Positions 51,601 through 59,250 of a DNA stretch of 64,000 nt are shown here, piece after piece. This DNA comes from Phoronis australis. Its lineage: Eukaryota; Animalia; Phoronida. Each line of letters starts with the position of its first letter. Position 1 is the first letter of the stretch. The notes beneath the pieces are model-generated. The model was not told the origin of the DNA. It searched no databases and saw only the letters and a list, made by a program, of their open reading frames with translations. Location: the NCBI GenBank assembly GCA_002633005.1, contig NMRA01000022.1, positions 1,565,036-1,629,035 on the forward strand, written 5' to 3'. The position numbers and the translations under genes are program-made.

Positions 51601-51655
51601 ACTTGAACGTCTGCAGTTGAGTCGCCACATCCTGCGGACTCATAGGTGGCGCCAT
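664..51655 (-). CDS. TRRAP: Transformation/transcription domain-associated protein (TRRAP/Tra1), PIKK-family pseudokinase scaffold; 73 coding exons visible, 3' end beyond left edge
   Basis: Spliced translation is colinear with metazoan TRRAP as I recall it (e.g. LRKLLLEIIHRIPTND, LFRSIGGGSHDLLYQEFLPLLPNLLQG, DLFVELCLTVPVRLSSLLPYLPMLMDPLV, GPIRATAPMWRCSRIMHMQR, RFMPRVEIVQKHNTAARRLYIRGHNGKIYPYLV). Exons 5'->3', all GT-AG and phase-compatible except across the gap: 51568-51655, 50685-50734, 49859-49969, 49251-49439, 48417-48611, [missing], 44906-45002, 44390-44528, 43349-43427, 42876-43080, 42092-42183, 40527-40683, 39675-39780, 39090-39231, 38575-38632, 38173-38362, 37455-37715, 36921-37087, 36280-36480, 35726-35815, 35365-35516, 35089-35189, 34598-34693, 33754-33932, 33559-33644, 33254-33365, 32868-33047, 31984-32133, 31631-31717, 31245-31341, 30436-30557, 29875-30045, 29400-29471, 28544-28663, 28065-28184, 27646-27738, 27015-27203, 26397-26464, 26033-26144, 25592-25681, 25004-25251, 24584-24737, 24046-24153, 23671-23744, 23171-23270, 22161-22262, 21766-21870, 21335-21427, 20006-20230, 18971-19203, 16750-16916, 15833-16011, 15301-15443, 14525-14738, 13381-13566, 12567-12836, 11820-11963, 11039-11185, 10410-10660, 10061-10202, 9394-9585, 8802-9032, 8262-8377, 7589-7801, 6869-6979, 6217-6405, 5507-5655, 4920-5099, 4149-4345, 3711-3810, 2725-2932, 2137-2320, 1314-1529, 664-780. 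Confidence 0.97.
1975..2100. repeat. ~32-bp tandem repeat near a TRRAP donor
   Basis: CATCACACTAGAAT(G/C)CA three times plus one degenerate copy. Confidence 0.85.
3160..3272 (+). repeat. Interspersed ~110-bp repeat, copy 1 (copy 2 at 12020-12125), with hammerhead-like core
   Basis: Near-identical ATATATCAGATGTCAATT...GTCATATAGTGTTTGATTTT...TTTCAGTGATCCATTTTT at both loci. Confidence 0.8.
5785..6260 (-). repeat. Degenerate tandem copies of a TRRAP exon 3' end plus donor
   Basis: The plus-strand motif (CT/TT)(T/C)ACCA(T/A)GG(T/A)AG recurs at 6212, 6116, 6015 and 5785, with many CAGTACTTGTAC subunits. Confidence 0.85.
6635..6657. repeat. (ACAT)n microsatellite
   Basis: Directly visible. Confidence 0.85.
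7965..8110. repeat. Degenerate ~23/46-bp tandem repeat
   Basis: (C)CTGTATGT(C/T)(G/A)ATAGG-like units. Confidence 0.75.
12020..12125 (+). repeat. Interspersed ~110-bp repeat, copy 2
   Basis: Aligns by eye with 3160-3272. Confidence 0.8.
13973..14473. mobile_element. hAT-like MITE (~500 bp)
   Basis: TIRs CAGGGCTTGGAAT / ATTCCAAGCCTTG (1 mismatch), with AAGTTT directly on both flanks. The interior is CpG-rich with many CGCGG/CCGCG motifs. Confidence 0.75.
17369..18946. mobile_element. Non-autonomous TIR DNA transposon (~1.58 kb), superfamily unassigned
   Basis: Left TIR TGTGACCCACCACGACAAAATGAGTCTGAAGT matches the reverse complement of the right end, TGTGACCCACCACCACAAAATGAGTCTTAAGT. Both ends are flanked by TA; no intact ORF. 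Confidence 0.85.
22300..22630 (+). mobile_element. 3' fragment of a Penelope-like retroelement: GIY-YIG endonuclease C-terminus plus decayed minimal hammerhead ribozyme
   Basis: 22312-22404 reads ELKIRDALHISWCEPNLNRQLAHHRLSLLV*, matching the PLE endonuclease tail pattern L.I.EAL.I....P.LN.Q. It is followed by CTGATGA-T-GGTGTT...GACACC-AAAAC-ATGTC at 22490-22528. Confidence 0.75.
23294..23364. repeat. (AAC/AGC/ACC)n microsatellite just upstream of a TRRAP acceptor
   Basis: Directly visible. Confidence 0.9.
24482..24590 (-). repeat. ~30-bp tandem repeat containing four donor-like sites
   Basis: Plus-strand CCTACCT(G/A)TA places minus-strand exon ends at 24495, 24525, 24554 and 24584. Confidence 0.9.
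26441..26600 (-). repeat. 60-bp tandem repeat (~2.7 units) made of a TRRAP acceptor plus exon start
   Basis: TTCTCCTTTCAG|TACAG(C/T)GCAGACTTTGCCCACT(G/A)G occurs three times. Confidence 0.95.
28725..28900. repeat. Degenerate ~32-bp tandem repeat upstream of a TRRAP acceptor
   Basis: GAATATTTCAGCC...ACAC-like unit about 5 times. Confidence 0.75.
30718..31021. mobile_element. Old MITE-like family, copy 1 (relatives at ~34000-34250 and ~55270-55490)
   Basis: Inverted ends TAGTTTTCAGAAT / GTTTGAAAACTA. A core like GTCGAAATTGC...GCAAGTC...CTAGTGG..AGGTACAATAA is shared with the other two loci. Confidence 0.55.
31054..31236. repeat. ~17-bp degenerate tandem repeat abutting a TRRAP donor
   Basis: CAGTAC(T/C)(T/C)(G/A)CACACAG-like units. 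Confidence 0.85.
38010..38170. repeat. 27-bp tandem repeat abutting a TRRAP donor
   Basis: ACTGTGACCCACACTACCTATGA(G/C)TGT about 5 times. Confidence 0.9.
41220..41504. repeat. 15-bp minisatellite (GTAAGTCACATTACT)n, about 17 units
   Basis: Directly visible, nearly perfect array. Confidence 0.97.
42420..42690 (+). mobile_element. Short HINE-like remnant
   Basis: AACAA...TGTCACAGAATGAC hairpin plus AAATGTCCCC, and a GACCTTGAAAATGAGGTCAAGGTCA motif typical of such internal repeats. Confidence 0.4.
45910..47268 (+). mobile_element. HINE/Helentron-like non-autonomous element with internal ~150-bp tandem array (~450-bp higher-order unit), running into the assembly gap
   Basis: Starts AACAAGAG with hairpin CAACGC-AGA-GCGTTG (45918-45932) and AAATGCGCCCAC. 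Internal monomers are anchored on CCACTAGG(T/G/A)GGC(G/A)C-like motifs at 46141, 46290, 46431, 46590, 46735, 46880, 47041 and 47187. The array is certain; the family label is inference. Confidence 0.7.
47269..47902. other. Assembly gap (N run)
   Basis: 634 N. Confidence 1.
50300..50605 (+). mobile_element. Possible non-autonomous Helitron-like fragment
   Basis: CpG-rich patch in an AT-rich intron, ending in an imperfect ACCC...GGGT hairpin followed by CTTGT. Weak evidence. Confidence 0.25.
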
Positions 51656-51677
51656 ATTCAGTTGTTTACACTTTAAC
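51568..51677 (-). CDS. TRRAP: TRRAP first coding exon (short 5'UTR part, then MAPPMSPQDVATQLQTFKSYVALIADPSP)
   Basis: Acceptor ttttgattcag at 51678 and ATG at 51655. The phase-1 donor joins the 50685-50734 exon (VEKKQKAAQELSENFE), which matches the TRRAP N-terminus. The acceptor implies an upstream non-coding exon. Confidence 0.8.
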
Positions 51678-52339
51678 CTGAATCAAAAGAGAATGATACA
51701 AATCTAAAGAAGATAGCTTCCCAACACTTATTTGTAAAAATTAGATTTTGGTCGCTCTTTTTTCAAAAAATGTGAGTGAACAAAAAAGTCACATTATTTT
51801 GCTGATAAGCAAGGAAAAATGGTAAAAATGTAGCTAAGTAACGAGGCCCTCATCAAAATGGCTGCCCAGGACTTGTTTGTTTTCACTGAGTACCATTGTT
51901 CAGTAAAAACTGGGTCCCAACAGCCATTTTCAAGAAGGACCCGTTTCCTTGACTATTAATAATACTTGAAGCATGCGTTAGCCAGAGAGCACCTACTTTA
52001 CAAATTCATCAGAAAACCTGGGATGCATTAGATATCTGCAAAACACTGTTGCTACATATATTCGCTCACATAACAGAAAACATGGTAGTGTACGCATGCA
52101 AGCTCCAAGTACATGTGATTCCGCATGATCTTGTAAAACTTGCTCAAAAGACAAAACTCAGAAACTTAGTCTTAGAAGTTAGAATTAGCACTCAGCTTTT
52201 ATCTTGGAAATATTAATACAATATGACTGCTATATCCGACGCAGGGCCAACGGATCTTCAAAAATGTGTAATATTCAATGAAATATGATGGAAAATGTGC
52301 CAAATGTCCGATATTTCGATGGCTTGACTGTAGCTTATA

Positions 52340-52750
52340 TAAAACTTATTTCCCCGACCGCGACCGCCATTTTTCATTGTGTGAATTACCACGGCACAGG
52401 TAATTTTGTAGATTAAGTTATACATAATATCCCACAGTTGTGCAACACTGGTGCATCTTTGTGGAATCCCAAAGCAATTTGGAATAATTTGGCATAACGA
52501 ATTAGTGCATACCAACCGACAACTCTGTAATTTGAAGCATTATTTTGAACCACGTCTTCCTCGCTACCAAAATGGATATTCCTCAAATCTGGGGACTTGG
52601 AACTTTGGGGGAAATTTTCATACGGGCACTTAATGGTGTTTTCTTACCTCCCGGCATAAAGATAGATGGTCTCGTTTATCTGGTTCCGGTTCGAATGTGG
52701 ACGCACTAGTTGTTGTTGCTACGATAATTATCTAAAATAATGTCTCAAAA
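52340..52750. promoter_or_regulatory. Probable bidirectional promoter shared by TRRAP (-) and the RPP25-like gene (+)
   Basis: Divergent gene arrangement with local CpG enrichment. YY1-like AAAATGGCGG on the minus strand at ~52364-52373 and ETS/GABP-like TTCCGGT at 52684-52690. TSSs are inferred, not observed. Confidence 0.55.
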
Positions 52751-53669
52751 GTATGTTAAACGTTGATAATGTCTTGTAGGTGATCTTTTAATTCACATAA
52801 CCTTTAAGAAGCAGTTGCATTTGTTCACCGTGTTGTGTATTCGGCGTCCACAGACATGACTGAGGCAATAGAAATTCAGCCCGAGGGCCCAAGCGGGCAT
52901 GACCATGGGGTAGTGTTGTTGCTGCAGTAGCGCCAGAAAATGTCATTGTCTCTATCATGAGGGACTGGAGGGTTCTTCCGTGAAATGTTTAAATGTGAAC
53001 ATCGAACTTTAACCGGCATTTATCGTACCCAAGAAGTATGGTTTGAAAGTAGCCTTGGCTTGGTGCAAAGCTGTATTTATACTACAGCTTTGCACCATGC
53101 GGGTTAAAAACTGGCCAAATAAAATCGGACTCAAAATTAGTGTCATTAAAAACTAGACTTCACCGTGAGTACATGAAATGATTTACTTATGTTAGAAAAG
53201 TAAGCATTCTACCGTTATTGTGCTGCTAACGTTGTGGAGCGATCCTATGTATCGATGTCTTTCGGTGCCATGAAATATAGCATCGCCTATTGGACAGTTT
53301 CTTTTTCGTTAATTCTTCAATCTACTGTTCTTCTTCCAAAAGGTTGTGTCATTGTCACAGAAACCATCGCTACTGGTTTCACGTCGTTACAAGTTTCAAT
53401 TCCAGCAAACCGAATTTCAGAACAAATTTTGCTTGGCTGCTGCTAAATGCATTGATTGTAATTTTTTTATGCTTTGAACTGCTTGAACACAAATTTTAAA
53501 TGTTTCAATGATATGTTTGGATGGTCGCACAGTTTCCTAGGCTGTGGTGTCCTTGGACACATGATTTTGTTGACCAAATTTGGAAGGTGTGTATTATAGC
53601 CAACAATGAGTGTGTTGGCCACACTGCCTCCTCTCCGTACTTGGAGCATTGACCATGGTTATATTTCAG

Positions 53670-56600
53670 TGGACCACTATACTAAAGGTGAAGTGAAAGA
53701 ACTTGAAGATGCTGAGCCACCTTTCCCTTTCATGAGTGAAAAGGTCGTTCACATGAAGGTCAACTCGGGAAGTAAAATAAGGAATCTCATGGGATTTGCT
53801 GTTAAAAAGATGAAGGTTAATGAGTTTTAACCATAATATCTGTCCTTGGTCTCTAGTGCCTATGCATGATTAAACAATTTGCTCGAGTAAGAATTGGTTC
53901 TATCTGATTTTCTTCTGGTTTTCTTGCACTAACAACCAGGGCGTGATTCAAAGGGAAAGGGCAGTTTGGTTAATTTGCAGATTTCGCAGTGTAGATTTTG
54001 AAACACCGAGTACAGAAATTTCATTTAACAGTATTGATTTAATCTGCTGAATTTTAAAATTTTTTAAACTTTTCACTTCTTGGCTTTGATTCAAACTAAT
54101 TCAAACATTAGCAGACATATTTAGAATTGATAATGTCAGTGGTGTTTGTTAGATCATGAAAAGCTATTTGATGGCCTATCAGTTAACATGCTGCATATTC
54201 ATTCTGGTTATACCTGAATACAGGAGGCTGATATCGACCAACTCACCTGGAACGGTAGTGGCACGGCTGTGACGAAGACAATCACATGTGCTGAGATTAT
54301 GAAGAGAAAGATAAAAGATCTACACCAAGTCAACAGTATTCACTACAAAAGGTTTGACATTATTGCCTGCAGTTAATCAGTTTATCTATCTTTTGATTAA
54401 GAGATAGCAAACGAAAATGTCTTCATGGAATCATTTTTGTTAATTGTCCTAGAACAATTCAGTATCAAGGCACCTGGCTCATAGAATGTGAGGGTGTATA
54501 ATGAGCTGCAGAGATTCGTCTTCATCAAACTTTCTAGTTGTAACATCCTCCTAGTGTTCCTTTATTGATGAGTGAAACTGAGAATTAGTCACATGTATCT
54601 CGACTGGAAACATTTTGCAGGAAGCATAAAAGATGTGAGTGACACTTGACTTCCACGATCATTACAAAATGGTTTTACACTATTTTTTCAGGAAAGTACT
54701 GAAAGTTCATGAAAACGTAATAGGACAGCCAGTTTAAGACATGCACAAAATGGAATTTGTTACCTTTACCTGTACTTGAAGTTTGGGCAAGTGCAACCGG
54801 GCTATTATCAAAACTCTGCACTCAATGTATTTCCTCAAAAATGAGTTATTTTGGTGCACGGATAACAAAAGTACTATGCACTCTGTACTCTTATTTAGGT
54901 GAGTGAGTGTTGTTTGTCTAGCTGTGACTTCCAATCTCAGTGTTGTTTATCTGCCTATGACTTCCAATCTCAGTGTTGTTTATCTTGTAACTTTCAACCT
55001 CAGTGTTACATTTTCTTTTAATCAGGACTGAAGAATACTGGGATCCCAAAGAAGAAGGGTTAGACAGGTAGGTGGACGAATTCACTGCAGCTGAATTTGA
55101 TCTACAAACTAATTTAATTAATTTTGAGTCAGATGTTGGATGTGCCATTTAATAATAATTTTGTCACATTTAGCTGAAAATACATGAATCTTGCATTAAT
55201 TTCAGTGCACAAAACCTTGATATCTGTTTCTCTTGTTACATTAGTAAAACCAGTTCCAGTTATTGCTCGATCTCAAAAAAATCTTGACAGGTGTTGCAAT
55301 AGTCGAAGTTGCAATACGTTACCTCGCAAGTCCGTTTTTAAATTACAAAACTATCTGCTAGGCATGATAACATCTTGTTAAACACTGACATTAGTTTGAC
55401 AAAAACGCGAGCTTTTTATTCCTATAAACTGCCAAAAAATCCTGGCAAGACAGAATTCTGCTGAAGTTTGTCTGCTATATTTTGAAACTACTGTACACTT
55501 GTTTAGTATTTTGTTATAGGCTGAAAGTGAACAGAGATGTGCCTTGTATAAGTATCCTACTCTCCAAGACTCCTCTTAGCGAAGCACTGCCAGGGTAAGT
55601 AACTATGCACTTTTCTGCACTGTCAGAATATAGTCTGACAGTATTATTAGTTGTATTGTTCTGTTTTGTTTTGGTATTCAGTTTGATTGGCATGATCCCT
55701 GAGTTCAGTACAATGATGATGTAATTTGTTTACTACAGAATAGTATGGAACTTTTTAGTAGACTGAGTTCAGTAGTGATGATGTAATTTGTTTACTACAA
55801 AATAGTGTGGAACTTTCTAGAAGAGTGAGGTCAGAACAGTGATGATGTAATTTGTTTACTACAGTATAGTGTGGAACTTTCTAGAAGACTCTAGCATGAC
55901 AGTGATTACTGCAGTCCGGAATATTCTAGAGAGTAGTACATGTTTGTAGAATGGTTGGGTAGATTCTGGAAAGTTCTAGAATGTGCTTGAATTGATGAAA
56001 AGTTCCAGAACAATACATTAGGCTATAAATACGCAAGCACAGGTTTCTGTTAGTCAGATCAAGTCAGTTCAAGAGAAGATCAAGTCAGTTCAAGAAAGTT
56101 AATCAGGAGAACTACAGTTGAGTTGCAGTGAAGAGAATCAGCAGTTACAGCGATAGTCAATAGAGAGCCAGCTATAGAGACAGCAGGTTATTGAATCGAC
56201 GAGTGTTCATCACAAGTCAAGGCTTCGCAGCACTGGCTGGAGCATAAACAGACCTTACGTCGGACGTTTTGTTTGAGTAGGCTTGTGAACGTACGGTCGG
56301 GATTAATAAAGGATTAACTCGAACCAGCCTTCAGTCTATCATCGCACCGAAAGCTATTAGCACCAGTCTGTAACAACCTGCGCCCAACCACACACGGGGA
56401 AAAACGTGACATGCACTCATTCACATCGGCACAAGTATACGCTCTATGAGTAACTGCTTGAATTTAGGACCATTCGTTTTTTACATGTGGCATGCCGTAA
56501 AGGGATGTGCTGTGATATGAGCTGAAAAAGAACTTGATAATAAAAATCATAATAATTATCAATTATTAACTGTTTTATGTAATTGGTGCCTTTGTTTAAT

Positions 56601-58455
56601 ATTCCCTTGACTCATCTACAGTGAGTACCATAATGATAGACCGTGTGATACCATGGTGACCCACTGGAGTAATAGTCTTGAACCTTATAGCTTTGTGGCT
56701 CACTGATGTGGTATTTTAAACTATTAAATAATGTCCAATCATATCAGTGGGTCTCCTGCCTTGTCTTGTCTTGTTTCTAACTTCAAGTAAATTCATCAGT
56801 TTATGGTGAAATAGGAGGAATTATGCAGAGTACTGAATTATTTTTTCCGTACAATGTAAATTTATTTTACATTACATGCATTAGTTTTTAGGAATAGTTT
56901 TTACTTTTGAAATAATTGTTCGGTATTTGGCAACTGAGCTACTGTTGTCTTTGGCCAGGATCAGGATTGATATACTTTTTCATAGAGAATGGCTGCCATG
57001 AGTTAATTTGTGATGATGATTTAAGAGATTCAGTTTAAATGGTGCTGACCAGTGACACTAAAACTACTTTATGTGTGTAAGAAAATTCTCGTTACCAGTT
57101 TATGTATTTGACTGTGATATCACTTGTACGTTAAATTAAGGTGCGTGTGTCATATTTGGCTGTGATAACACACACCTTAACTTAACGTACAAAGAGTTCT
57201 GCACATGCGCCAGCCACTCAAACTATGGTGCATTACTGTTTACAGTACATGCCAAAAGTGTCCAGACAGTGTGTCACGGAATTCCCATCATGATGGCTGA
57301 GCAGAAATCAAATTTGTCGTCGGAGTAACCTTCCCTCATGACTGAGAATGAAGGGAAATTAACAAGAAACATAGTATAAAGGTGGCTAAGACAATCTTTA
57401 ATTAGAAATTTACCCCCAAATTAGTTATCACCAAGCATGTTTGCTACTTAACAGAATCAGCCAACGTGACAGAAAACAGTATTTTGTCTGTCAGTGATAA
57501 CTTCAGTCAGGTACTGTACATATCACAAGAGTGTATCTTCAATGTTATCGATGGGCATGTAGTTTTTGTTGTACCTTGGATTGTACGGTAATTTTCCACG
57601 TATTTAGCACCAAATGTAATTGGGCAAAATTGTCAGTTTTCCATTTTTCAAAAGGTGACGACTTTGCTTCACGTAGAGTAGAAACTTGACCAAATGTTGT
57701 TTTATGACAACTACACAGTACAAACCATGTTAGTAATAGACTAAACTTTTCTTAATTTTTATTTTTGTGGGGAAATTTGACAACGTGGAATTTCAGCCAT
57801 ATTGTAAGTTATTATGTGAAGAATTGCCCAGCTGACTACATCATTTGCCTTTCTTGATGCATTCTTAGACTGTTCACTTATTTGTTATTTTGGAGTCTTG
57901 CACTGTGAACTTAATTGCAAAATGTGCTAAAATCCTCAAATAGGGTAATTGTTTTTGATGAACTCAAAGATTTCTTTTTTTTCCTATAGTAGGTAGAGTG
58001 TATTCGCAAAGTCTAGAAAATTTGTATCCCTTACTTAAAGTATAGTATTACATTGTACTGGTTTCAGCTATCAAGCACCAGGCTCATTTGATGCATTTTG
58101 GAAAACCGTTGTTGAGAAGGACGTCAAATCATCTAACCAGAGAAGAAAGCAGAAACAACAGAGTTCCGGCAAAACTGCGATGGACCCTTCAAAAATTGAA
58201 GTCAAAAACAATAAAAAGCTGAAAAAAGAAGAGAGAGGTAGTATCAATGCCAAAGATTCACGTTCAAAAAATCAGAGAAAACAAAAGACTGTTCAGGATG
58301 TAGGATGTAAAACTACAGTGACTGAAAGTAAGAGTAACAAAGACTTGGTACAACCTGCTTCAAGTGCAGGTGGTGATACTTCTGAACGTAAAGACTATAA
58401 GAGAACTGGTATTGATGGAGGGACTGCGCATGAGGGGAGCCTTGTGGACAAGTGA
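53670..58455 (+). CDS. RPP25L: Ribonuclease P/MRP subunit p25-like (Alba domain) protein, multi-exon
   Basis: Exons: 53670-53815 (DHYTKGEV...HMKVNSGSKIRNLMGFAVKKMK), 54224-54351 (EADIDQLTWNGSGTAVTKTITCAEIMKRKIKDLHQVNSIHYK), 55026-55067 (TEEYWDPKEEGLD), 55520-55594 (LKVNRDVPCISILLSKTPLSEALP), 58068-58455 (YQAPGSFDAFW...K/R-rich tail, TGA). All are GT-AG and in phase. GSKIRN, KTITCAEI.KR, LHQ, ILLS and GYQ.P are Rpp25/Alba hallmarks. RPP25 versus RPP25L cannot be distinguished here. Confidence 0.9.
54925..55010 (+). repeat. ~35-bp tandem repeat upstream of an RPP25-like acceptor
   Basis: ACTT(C/T)CAA(T/C)CTCAGTGTT three times. Confidence 0.85.
55621..56411 (+). mobile_element. Solo LTR (791 bp) of an LTR retrotransposon in an RPP25-like intron
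   Basis: TGTCA...TGACA termini with a perfect 5-bp TSD TGCAC (55616-55620 and 56412-56416). TATAAA at 56024, AATAAA at 56305, and a ~60-bp triplicated unit at ~55700-55890. Confidence 0.88.
57270..57830. repeat. Old interspersed repeat family; fragments also at ~48200-48380, ~20760-20930, ~19400-19470 and ~62190-62260
   Basis: Shared blocks GTAACCTTCCCTCATGAC.AGAATGAA (57326, 48203) and CAAACCATGTTAGTAAT / ACTA(A/G)CATGGTTTGT. Confidence 0.55.
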
Positions 58456-58586
58456 GCCAGGCTGTAGGAGTCACTTAGGCTGGTGGAGTGAAGTCCAATA
58501 TAAGTCTGTTTGTGATAGAGTCACTGGGGGGAGATAGAGATGAAAGCCTAGGATCAGAGTACTAAATGTGTTTGATGTCCAGTAAA

Positions 58587-58592
58587 AATAAA
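58587..58592 (+). terminator. Candidate polyadenylation signal of the RPP25-like gene
   Basis: AATAAA about 130 nt after the stop codon. Confidence 0.4.
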
Positions 58593-58689
58593 CTAGTATG
58601 CCAAAAGCAAGACACACATGAGCTATAAGTTACATATGATTTAGACAGATTATGAACTCTCCGGTGGTCAATATTTCTGTGGCAATGCC

Positions 58690-59250
58690 ATTTTTATGCG
58701 TCCACATATTTATATGTGGTCGCATATTGCTGTCATCTCTCTCCAGGTGTCTGATGTCCATAGCTGTATCTCCTATACCCCATGCAGGGTCTTGATGAAA
58801 TTTGGCAGATGTGATGTTTCTATGAAGGTGACAACAGATGACAACCGCTGTGTCCCCCTAGTGGCAATTTAGTTTTGTTTGGTTGCTTCTGTATCTTCTT
58901 AACTCTTGGATGGATTTTCATGAAATTTGGCAAATAGGTTTCTATTATGAAGGCGACGACACCTTTACATTTTCGGACGTCTTTGACGACTTTGCACCAG
59001 CTAGTAGCTATAAGTTTCTCTATCTGTGAAACTAATTGGAGGATCATTGTGCAAATTAGAAGATGTGTTTCTGATTAGAAGGCCGCAGCTGAGGTTAATA
59101 TTTGGATGGGGTTCCACTACTTTGGCATTTTTTTACCATCTACAGCTGCGTCTCCTTAACCTTTTGTGGGATCTGTGTGAAATTTGGTGGAAATTTTCTT
59201 GTGGAGTTGACAACATATTATGACGCTTTTCAGACCCATTTAACTACTGC
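58690..59250 (-). mobile_element. Diverged HINE-like element related to the 45910-47268 array
   Basis: Terminal T-run plus hairpin ATGCGTCCACATAT-TT-ATATGTGGTCGCAT. On the minus strand the interior shares AAATTGCCACTAGGGGG and CCAAATTTCATGAAAATCC with the 46-47 kb monomers. Confidence 0.65.

Noticed and set aside
664-51655. U12-type or GC-AG introns in TRRAP
   Set aside because: Every junction I traced is GT-AG, with no GTATCCTT or ATATCCTT donor.
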